IMG/VR virus record: IMGVR_UViG_3300027833_000054
Coordinates: 1 to 59,827 of that record
Source: a virus
Taxonomy: Duplodnaviria; Caudoviricetes
Strand: one strand, 5' to 3'
DNA: 59,827 nucleotides
Within the stretch, counting starts at the first letter, position 1. Each line of letters begins with the position of its first letter. Position numbers and translations under genes: made by a program. This document shows, one piece after another, positions 52,377 to 59,827 of this stretch. Under the pieces are notes generated by a model, which saw nothing but the letters and a program-made list of their open reading frames with translations, had not been told where the DNA came from and searched no databases.

Positions 52377-54575
52377 ATGGCAAGTTACAACAATGAAGAT
52401 GGATACAAAGTTCAAGTATCTGATGAGGAGTTAAACACTCTTCTAGATTACAAGTTGGCGCAATCAAGTGCCAGTTTCTTAGACACCTCAGAGCTATCTG
52501 ATGAACGTCAGAAGTCAACCTATGAATACGCAATGATACCTGAGGGACACCTAAAGCCACAAGGTGTGTCCCGTATAGTATCATCAGATACCGTAGAAGC
52601 AATTGAAGGTTACACTGCAGTTCTGTCTGAACTGTTGTTTGACAATAACAAACTAGCTAAGTTTAAAGCGTATGACCGTACACCTCTGGCATACCATAAA
52701 GCTACTGCAGCTTCAGAGCTATTAAACCACTGCTTGTTCTCTAAGAACCGTGGTTGGTCTGTACTAAACACATGGCTTAAGTCAGCCCTTATGTGGAAGC
52801 TATCAGCAGTTACATGGGAATATGCATCGGATGAAACTATATCCTTTGAAGAGTACGAGACAATTGACAGTACTGCACTAGATGTACTCCTGTCAGACCC
52901 AGAGATCACCACAACTGGTGATATCTATTTAGATGAACAAACAGGTAACTACCTTGATGTACGCCTTAAACGTACAAAAGTTACCAACAAAGTTATTGTA
53001 TCGGCAGTACCACCTGAGTCTCTAAGAGTCGGTAGAGGGGCCACAGGTGTACACGATGCATCCTTTGTAGGTTTTGAAGAAGAAATGACAAGGTCCGAGA
53101 TCAGAGAACGTTGGCCTGAACAGGCTGTAAATGTTAACTGGGCAACTGTAGATTCAAGTATTAACTACGCAACTGAACTAAACACAGACTCACTTGCACG
53201 TAAGCAAGCTATCGGTACAACTTTGTTATTAGGTTCAGGTGATGACAGTCAACTGGAAGCCACAGAGTCTGCTGTAGTACTCCGCTGTTGGGTATACGTG
53301 GATCGTGACGGTGATGGTATCGCTGAACTAAAGTATATTGTACGTGTAGGCGACACTATACTAGAAGAAGAAGACTCAGATCATATCCAAGTAGCTACAT
53401 TCACACCTTTCGAGATTCCATTTGAACTTGAAGGTTTGTCTATGTCAGACATGGTCAGACCATCTACACTGGCATCCACAGCTATCTTACGTGGGTTTGT
53501 TGAGAATACATACTTAACTAACTATGCACCAAAGATTGCAGATCCAAACGTAGTTGACTTCTCTGCATTACAGAATATGAAACCCAAACAGATCATTGCA
53601 TCTAACGGTAACCCTCAGGGAGCCGTGGCTTCCTTGCCACCAGAGCAGATCTCCACAGGTACAGTACCCTTGTTACAGTTCTTACAAGGTCATAAAGAAC
53701 AAGCCACTGGTCTGTCTAAAGCAGCCCAAGGTCTTAATGATGCTCTCTATGTGTCTGGTAACTCAGAAGCGAAAGTATCACAGGTGCAGTCAGCTGCACA
53801 ACTACGTATACAATTTATCGCTCGTAGATTCATGGAAACTGGTGGACGGGAACTCCTTGAAGGTATCTACTTAACAATGCGAAAAGAAATGCGTGGTGGG
53901 TCTGTAGGAGACTACACTGGAAATCAACGATATCTCGATGTGTTAATAGATGATTTACCCGGAATCGAGTATATGTCTGTAGAAGCAGATGTTGGTGATG
54001 CCAGTAACCAGACCCAGTTACAGAAGTTACAAATGATAGGTCAACAAATCCTCCCAGCCCTTAGGGACGCTGGTGCAGGTGCTGTTGTAGCTCCAACTGC
54101 AGCTTCGACTATTGCAGTGCAAGCGTTTGATGCTTTAGGTTTAGACCCTCTAGATTATCTTATAGATATAAATACAGATGAGTTTAAGGCCAAGGCAGAA
54201 GAAGGTCAAAAGAAAGATCAGGAAGCTAAGGCAAAAGCCGCAAAGCTTGAAGAGTTGACACAGAAGTTAGCAGTAGATTTACAACAAGCTAACATTGACT
54301 ACACAAACGTACAAGCCCAGAATGCCATTCAGGATAATCTTAAGCAGCTTATGGTTGCATTAGATAAGTCAGAACAAGAATGGTCCAAGTTAGCCTTAGA
54401 AGCTGGAAAGGAACAGCAACCCATGCCAACTAAAACTAACATTGATGTATTGTATGCAAAAGCACAAGGACTTGTGACTGATGTCATGGTTACAACCGCT
54501 GGAGCATCAGATGCATCCAACCTAAATGCACCGCAAGAACCCCAACCAATGGGTCCTTCTGGAGTACTAGGATAG
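52377..54575 (+). CDS. portal protein
   Basis: 732 aa after TerL; SRIVSSDT...D.DGDGIAEL...ATGLS...QG; helical C-terminal barrel. Confidence 0.9.
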   Translation: MASYNNEDGYKVQVSDEELNTLLDYKLAQSSASFLDTSELSDERQKSTYEYAMIPEGHLKPQGVSRIVSSDTVEAIEGYTAVLSELLFDNNKLAKFKAYDRTPLAYHKATAASELLNHCLFSKNRGWSVLNTWLKSALMWKLSAVTWEYASDETISFEEYETIDSTALDVLLSDPEITTTGDIYLDEQTGNYLDVRLKRTKVTNKVIVSAVPPESLRVGRGATGVHDASFVGFEEEMTRSEIRERWPEQAVNVNWATVDSSINYATELNTDSLARKQAIGTTLLLGSGDDSQLEATESAVVLRCWVYVDRDGDGIAELKYIVRVGDTILEEEDSDHIQVATFTPFEIPFELEGLSMSDMVRPSTLASTAILRGFVENTYLTNYAPKIADPNVVDFSALQNMKPKQIIASNGNPQGAVASLPPEQISTGTVPLLQFLQGHKEQATGLSKAAQGLNDALYVSGNSEAKVSQVQSAAQLRIQFIARRFMETGGRELLEGIYLTMRKEMRGGSVGDYTGNQRYLDVLIDDLPGIEYMSVEADVGDASNQTQLQKLQMIGQQILPALRDAGAGAVVAPTAASTIAVQAFDALGLDPLDYLIDINTDEFKAKAEEGQKKDQEAKAKAAKLEELTQKLAVDLQQANIDYTNVQAQNAIQDNLKQLMVALDKSEQEWSKLALEAGKEQQPMPTKTNIDVLYAKAQGLVTDVMVTTAGASDASNLNAPQEPQPMGPSGVLG

Positions 54576-54654
54576 GGGGTGATCCTGTATCTAATCTGCC
54601 GGGGGTCTCAGATTTAAACCCATGACCCCCACCTATTAAACAAGAGATAATCTA

Positions 54655-55014
54655 ATGAAGAAATATAAGGATGGCATTGACAAGAAGGTCAAGTCCCAAC
54701 TTCAATCTGATGGCACATATCGTCCTAGTCCTTTCGGGGATGCTAGGAATGCTTTGGCAAGAGCTACCTTTTCTAAGAAAGAAAGGGATGAGTTCTTCAC
54801 CGAAGCTTACGGAGAGATCCTTTCAGATTTGTTTTTAAAATGGTTAAGCACTGAAGCTCACTGTACTAAAGAGCGAGAGTATTTATACCACGTAGCAATG
54901 GGCTTAGGCTCAGTTAAAGAACGATTAATCAGCATTGAGACCTACGGGTTTAATGCAGAGTTTATTGATAACCCAAACTTAGATGATGAGGAACAAGATA
55001 ATGATTCCAACTAA
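54655..55014 (+). CDS. hypothetical protein (head assembly region)
   Basis: 119 aa between portal and scaffold (W..TE.....EREYLY). Confidence 0.65.
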   Translation: MKKYKDGIDKKVKSQLQSDGTYRPSPFGDARNALARATFSKKERDEFFTEAYGEILSDLFLKWLSTEAHCTKEREYLYHVAMGLGSVKERLISIETYGFNAEFIDNPNLDDEEQDNDSN

Positions 55015-55228
55015 TTCGCTAGAAGAACTCCAACGAGCAGAACTAGATTTACACAGATCACAGGTATCTTTGATACGAGAGATCGGTAAAGGTAACGAGA
55101 AAAGCAGACTACATGCCAACACCCTACAGGCTATGTCAAGTGCACTCAAAGATGTAAAGGCTCTTATTCAGGAACATCCAGACACTAAGGTAGTGCCTGT
55201 TGTTGCAGTTAAGAAGAAAGCCAAATAA
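55001..55228 (+). CDS. hypothetical protein
   Basis: GAGGA RBS before ATG 55001. Confidence 0.55.
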   Translation: MIPTNSLEELQRAELDLHRSQVSLIREIGKGNEKSRLHANTLQAMSSALKDVKALIQEHPDTKVVPVVAVKKKAK

Positions 55229-55253
55229 CGAGGACTAACAGGGATAATAAATT

Positions 55254-56351
55254 ATGAGCAAAGAAAACATTCCAGCGTCTACCTCCACAGGAGATGACTC
55301 TGATTTCAATGCTGGTCAACAACCACAGAATTTTGATGACATTCCAGTACCGATGGGGCCTATGGCTAAACATCTTGGTATCGAGGATGATCTACCAGAA
55401 GATTCTGTAGAAGGTGACCCGGAAGATTCTGTAGATGAAGTTCCCACTGAAGACGATACAGAGGAAGACGATACACTAGATCAAGAAGATGACACTTCAA
55501 ATGAAGAAGAAGGTGAAGAGGATGATGAGGAATCTACCCAAGACACTGACTTACTGACCGAAGAGGATATTGATTGGGACTATAAAGTACCAGTTAAGAT
55601 CGATGGAGAGGTTCAACACCTTTCTCTTGAAGAACTCCGTAAAGGTTATGCGACAGATCAAAGCTTGTCTAAAAAGGGAAACAAGATTAGTGAACAACGG
55701 AAAGAGTTTGAGACCGATCAAAGTACTAAACTCCAAGAACTAACAGGTATGGCTACACTATTGCAAGAACAACTTCAAGGTGAAGAAAATAAACTTGCAG
55801 CTGAGTACCATAGCTTTGATGATAAGATTAAGGAAGCCCGTAAAGAAGGCAACACTTATGAACTATCAGAACTAAAAGATCAACGTGAAACTGCACAAGA
55901 TGAATACTGGAACGCTCGAAAGAAACGTGAAGGTGTTGCACAAGCAATCCAAGAGAAACAGCAATTAGAGTATACGCAACAGCAAGAAATAATTGCAGCT
56001 AAGTTTAACGAGGATATTGCTACACTTGTACCATCATTCATTGATGACGCAGATGCTATCAATCAATTTGCATTAGACGAAGGTATACCACCAGAGCTAA
56101 TGTCTTTTGTAAACGATGCAAAAGTTGTTAAGTTTATTGACGATTACCGAAAGCTAAAGCTAAAGGTATCTAAAGGAGCTGTTAAGCGTAAGGCAATGCC
56201 CAAAGCTAAGTCAGCACCAATTAAGAAAGGCATGAGCCGTTCGTCAAAGCAAGCAAAAGCAGACTCTTCAGTTCGTAACAAAGTTCTCACAGGAGAAGGT
56301 ACCGCAAGTGATCAATTAGACTTCCTCAAGAACCTATCCAAGTTCCGCTAA
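55254..56351 (+). CDS. capsid scaffolding protein
   Basis: Acidic N-terminus, VKIDGE...LEELRKGY, coiled coil, basic C-terminus; precedes the capsid gene. Confidence 0.85.
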   Translation: MSKENIPASTSTGDDSDFNAGQQPQNFDDIPVPMGPMAKHLGIEDDLPEDSVEGDPEDSVDEVPTEDDTEEDDTLDQEDDTSNEEEGEEDDEESTQDTDLLTEEDIDWDYKVPVKIDGEVQHLSLEELRKGYATDQSLSKKGNKISEQRKEFETDQSTKLQELTGMATLLQEQLQGEENKLAAEYHSFDDKIKEARKEGNTYELSELKDQRETAQDEYWNARKKREGVAQAIQEKQQLEYTQQQEIIAAKFNEDIATLVPSFIDDADAINQFALDEGIPPELMSFVNDAKVVKFIDDYRKLKLKVSKGAVKRKAMPKAKSAPIKKGMSRSSKQAKADSSVRNKVLTGEGTASDQLDFLKNLSKFR

Positions 56352-56391
56352 TCCTTAACTTTTTACTTTCTATTTATAAGGAATATTTAAA

Positions 56392-57447
56392 ATGGCAGGA
56401 CGTAATTTTACAACAGGTGGCCCTAAGGCTGCTGCTGGCACTAACGCTATGAACGTATCAGAACGTGAAGATCTATCGAACTTCATCAGTATGATCACAC
56501 GTGACGAAAGTCCATTCTATGCCTCAGTTGGCAAAACAAAATCTAAAGGCATTCTTCACGAATGGCAAACAGATGAATTAGCTTCTCCCGGAGCGAATGC
56601 GGTAGCTGAAGGATCAAGCTTTGCTACTGTAGACGGTGCACAGGTTGCAGAACCACTACGCACTCGTTTGGGTAACTACACTCAGATCAACTCTAAGACT
56701 GTTGAAGTATCTGGTTCTAAGCGAGCAGTTGATCAAGCTGGCGTTGCAGACGAGTATGCTTATCAGTTGAAGAAGCGTGGTACTGAACTTCGTCGTGACG
56801 TTGAGCATGACTTAGTACACAGCTGGAACCCTTCTAACGGTTCTGGCACTCGTACTATGGGTGGCTATCAGGCATTCACTAACGTCAACGTAGTTGTCGC
56901 TGGTGCTGCTGGTGGTTACACTGCACCTTCATCTACTGGTATCGGCACTGTAGGCGTTATTGCCCGTGGTTCTGCTGATGCTAACTTGGCTGCTCTTGAG
57001 TTAAGTGATGTTGATGATATCATGCAAAGCATCTATCAGGAAGGTGGTAAAGCCACTACCATGATGTGCTCTCCAGCTAACAAGCGTAAGTTCTCTGCTA
57101 AAGCACAAGCTGCTGACAGCAACGTACAACGTAACATTGATGACAGCGGTAAGCTTCGTCAGTCTGTTGAGATGTATGATTCCGACTTCGGTGCTATCCG
57201 TATTGTACCTAACTACATTATGGGCCTAGATCACGACACTGATTCTAACGCTGGTACTTCAAACTCTAAAGACTACTCATGTCTTGTATACGATCCACAG
57301 TGGTACAACATTGCTACTTTGCGTCCTTTGCATGAGACAGAAGTAGGTCAAGCAGGTGACTCTACTATTGGTCAGATTGTTGAAGAATGTACTTTAGAAG
57401 TTCGTAACCCTAAGGGTTGTGGATTGATCGTTGGTTTAGCTGGTTAA
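56392..57447 (+). CDS. major capsid protein (SU10/DUF5309-like)
   Basis: REDLSNFI..I...ESPF, HEWQTDEL, NYTQI..K...VSGS, ELRRDVE, Y.SDFG, E.TLEV.NP. Confidence 0.9.
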   Translation: MAGRNFTTGGPKAAAGTNAMNVSEREDLSNFISMITRDESPFYASVGKTKSKGILHEWQTDELASPGANAVAEGSSFATVDGAQVAEPLRTRLGNYTQINSKTVEVSGSKRAVDQAGVADEYAYQLKKRGTELRRDVEHDLVHSWNPSNGSGTRTMGGYQAFTNVNVVVAGAAGGYTAPSSTGIGTVGVIARGSADANLAALELSDVDDIMQSIYQEGGKATTMMCSPANKRKFSAKAQAADSNVQRNIDDSGKLRQSVEMYDSDFGAIRIVPNYIMGLDHDTDSNAGTSNSKDYSCLVYDPQWYNIATLRPLHETEVGQAGDSTIGQIVEECTLEVRNPKGCGLIVGLAG

Positions 57448-57462
57448 CCCCAACTAGCTACA

Positions 57463-57495
57463 AAGGGGGTCCTCCAAAGGGACCCCTTATTTTTT
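57463..57495 (+). terminator. intrinsic terminator after the capsid gene
   Basis: AAGGGGGTCC...GGGACCCCTT-ATTTTTT. Confidence 0.8.
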
Positions 57496-57510
57496 AAGGA
57501 GGACACTGTC

Positions 57511-57837
57511 GTGGCTTTTAAATCCCAAGACAATAACAAACATAGCTTTAATGTTAATATGGATCAAAGTAGATTTTCTTTGAACCAAGACATTAGTGCA
57601 TACCGAGAGTACGCTAAAGAGTCAAGAGACCTTTACGAAAGAAAAAGTGAAGCTGGTAGTAAGTACCGCTCATTCGCAATAATACCAGATATTGTTGCTA
57701 TAGATATCCTTACAAAGTACCAGATAGATATACATGCTACTGACTTTATGAGTGACAAACAACAAGTTAATAAACTTAAAAGCATTATAATCTCCGAGTA
57801 CCCTGACCTACTTACACATGGTCACTCTCGCAGATAA
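57511..57837 (+). CDS. hypothetical virion protein
   Basis: 108 aa; AAGGAGG RBS with GTG start. Confidence 0.65.
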   Translation: MAFKSQDNNKHSFNVNMDQSRFSLNQDISAYREYAKESRDLYERKSEAGSKYRSFAIIPDIVAIDILTKYQIDIHATDFMSDKQQVNKLKSIIISEYPDLLTHGHSRR

Positions 57838-57858
57838 CCATAAAAGAGGATACAATAA

Positions 57859-58605
57859 ATGTCAACTCCAAAGTATGATGCACTAGTCTCGAAAGTTCGT
57901 GATTGGGCAAACAGAGATAGTACAATACTTACCGATTCACTCGTAGCTGATTTCATAGACTACTCTGCAGATCTTTGTTACAGAGAATTACGCATACCGC
58001 CTTTGGAGAATACATACGTATATCCAGTAGTAACAACTGCAGGTGATACTACCTTGCAGCTTCCACCTGATATGACTGAGATTATTATGTTTAGAGTTAC
58101 AGACTCTGCAGGTAACTCACTAGTGTTTGATAATAAACTAGACCTAAAGTCTTTTACAGATAAGTATACAACTAAAAGCAGTGGATCATTTACTCGAAAG
58201 GGTAACAACTTAGAGTTCTACCCTGCGGCTTCCGTGGGTGACCTATATGAACTGCACTACTACCGTAGGTTGTTTGATATGGATGCCACTTATGTAGTTA
58301 ACCAAGCTAACATAGACTCTGGTAACACCACCGTATCCTCCTCAGGAGTTGCAGGTGCTGTTGAGATCTCTGGCGTATATTACATTGGTAATGAAGTATA
58401 TAACTGGTTACGAGATGACAATGAACGTATGCTCCTATGGGGTGCGTTACATCATGCTCATGAATACCTAGGTAGCGATGATCAATCTATGAAGTACCTC
58501 CAGAAACAAATGGCAGGTATTGAAGAACTAAACAGGGAAGAGAAAAGACGTAGAGTCTTAGGAGCTTCTAACTCAGTCACTTATGAAGTGTCTGAACTAC
58601 TATAA
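57859..58605 (+). CDS. head-tail adaptor (tail tubular A-like)
   Basis: Y..L...V.DW.NR, RELRIP.LE, NWL......LLWGAL. Confidence 0.7.
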   Translation: MSTPKYDALVSKVRDWANRDSTILTDSLVADFIDYSADLCYRELRIPPLENTYVYPVVTTAGDTTLQLPPDMTEIIMFRVTDSAGNSLVFDNKLDLKSFTDKYTTKSSGSFTRKGNNLEFYPAASVGDLYELHYYRRLFDMDATYVVNQANIDSGNTTVSSSGVAGAVEISGVYYIGNEVYNWLRDDNERMLLWGALHHAHEYLGSDDQSMKYLQKQMAGIEELNREEKRRRVLGASNSVTYEVSELL

Positions 58606-58617
58606 GGAGTTTACTAG

Positions 58618-59827
58618 ATGGCAATTAATTATTCAACGGGATCAGGTTCACTGGTTTCAAACCCATCTGAAGGTGGTTCTTTTAACAACGAAGCTACAGG
58701 TGAATTGTCAACAGCTCTTACTGCAGCCAACGCTGCCATACTAGCTAAGATAGCAGCAGAGCTTGCAGCAACAAATGCACTAGCTTCTAAGAATTCAGCG
58801 GATGCTGATGTTGTACTGACTAATGCAGATGTTGTATTAACCAATGCAGATGTTGTACTTACCCATGCAGATGTTGTCTTAACTCATGCTGACGTAGTGT
58901 TAGCAGAGGCAGATAAAGTACAAACTGGTTTAGATCTGGTTGCCACCAACGCTGATGTTGTACTGACCCATGCCGATGTGGTATTGGCAGAGGCAGATAG
59001 AGTTCAGACAGCTCTTGACAGGATAGCCACAGCAGCAGATAAAGTAGCAACTAACGCTGATGTGGTTCTCACCAATGCAGATGTAGTCCTTACTGAAGCT
59101 GACAAAGTTCAGACAGGTCTGGACAGAGTAGCCACAGGTAACGATAAGACTGCTACTAATGCTGATGTTGTACTTACCAACGCTGACGTTGTTTTGGCAG
59201 AAGCAGACAAAGTACAAACAGGCCTTGATCGGATTGCTACTGCAGCTGATAAAGTGTCAACCAACGCAGACGTAGTGTTAACACATGCAGACGTAGTGTT
59301 AGCTGAAGCTGATAAAGTTCAGACAGGTCTGGACAGGATTTCAACTACAGCCTCAGCAGCCACAGCTACGACTAAAGCATCTGAAGCAAGCACAAGTGCA
59401 AGTAATGCAGCAGCATCTCTTGCAACCTTTACAGGTCAGTATGTATCCCAAGCATCACAGCCCGGTTCTTCCGATACTGGTGACCTATGGTTTGATACAA
59501 CTAACAACATAATGAAAGTGTACAATGGCACTAACTGGGTTAATGCTGGTTCATCAGTCAATGGTGTACAAAACTCTGTGCAACACATTGCAACAGCAGG
59601 TCAGACTACCTTTGCAGCTACCTATGATATTACTTATCTACAGGTATACCTTAACGGTGGACTACTGGCTACATCAGATTACACAGCAACTAATGGCACC
59701 AGCGTTGTCTTAGGTATTGCTGCAGTTCTTGATGACGTAGTCTTTATACATTCCTTTGGTACGTTTTTACTTGCAGATCACTACAGTAAGGTAGCCTCAG
59801 ATGCTCGTTATTCTACTATAACTTATG
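58618..59827 (+). CDS. tail fibre with heptad coiled-coil repeats (runs off the window end)
   Basis: AAGGAG RBS, ATG 58618; open to the end; ADVVLT(N/H) heptads, GDLWFDT, ATAGQT...VYLNG...DYTATNG. Missing from the ORF track because it has no stop. Confidence 0.85.
   Translation, partial: MAINYSTGSGSLVSNPSEGGSFNNEATGELSTALTAANAAILAKIAAELAATNALASKNSADADVVLTNADVVLTNADVVLTHADVVLTHADVVLAEADKVQTGLDLVATNADVVLTHADVVLAEADRVQTALDRIATAADKVATNADVVLTNADVVLTEADKVQTGLDRVATGNDKTATNADVVLTNADVVLAEADKVQTGLDRIATAADKVSTNADVVLTHADVVLAEADKVQTGLDRISTTASAATATTKASEASTSASNAAASLATFTGQYVSQASQPGSSDTGDLWFDTTNNIMKVYNGTNWVNAGSSVNGVQNSVQHIATAGQTTFAATYDITYLQVYLNGGLLATSDYTATNGTSVVLGIAAVLDDVVFIHSFGTFLLADHYSKVASDARYSTITY

Noticed and set aside
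54576-54632. Structured element after the portal gene (GGGGTC...GACCCC)
   Set aside because: A single modest hairpin without a U-tract; not enough to call a terminator or an RNA.
1-59827. Prophage or temperate lifestyle; alternative genetic code
   Set aside because: No integrase, repressor or host genes are seen, and genes are full length and tightly packed under the standard code.

Overview
The window is an apparently near-complete, circularly permuted genome of a lytic podovirus, probably marine. No integrase or repressor is seen. It has two arms. The + strand morphogenesis arm (50569-59827, continuing at 1-26686) holds TerL, portal, scaffold, capsid, adaptor, many small tail-fibre modules, a lysis cassette, tail proteins and a cysteine-free block of ejection proteins. 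The - strand early/replication arm (49367 down to 26793) holds two gp2.5-like SSBs, rIIA/rIIB, a cell-wall hydrolase, a cytosine MTase, PhoH, class Ia RNR, Pol A, an exonuclease, a primase-helicase and a T7-like RNA polymerase. The arms meet at a bidirectional terminator (~26.7 kb) and diverge from a ~2 kb non-coding control region (48.6-50.6 kb). The most striking observation is a two-polymerase transcription system. The last ejection gene (22877-26686, ~1270 aa, no Cys) carries single-subunit RNAP motifs A/B/C and looks like a compact N4-type virion RNA polymerase. The early region carries identical N4-style hairpin promoters (CCCAAAAG-GAGCC-GAA-GGCTC) pointing into the early genes. A second, short T7-like RNAP is accompanied by four copies of a T7-style promoter (TAATCTTTTAAGTACCTT..AG). 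Between the two hairpin promoters lies an ORF-free, densely base-paired ~370-nt candidate ncRNA with a duplicated, covarying hairpin. Next to it is an array of five 73-bp units, each with a GNA-triloop hairpin. All protein assignments are from motif recognition by eye, with no database searches.
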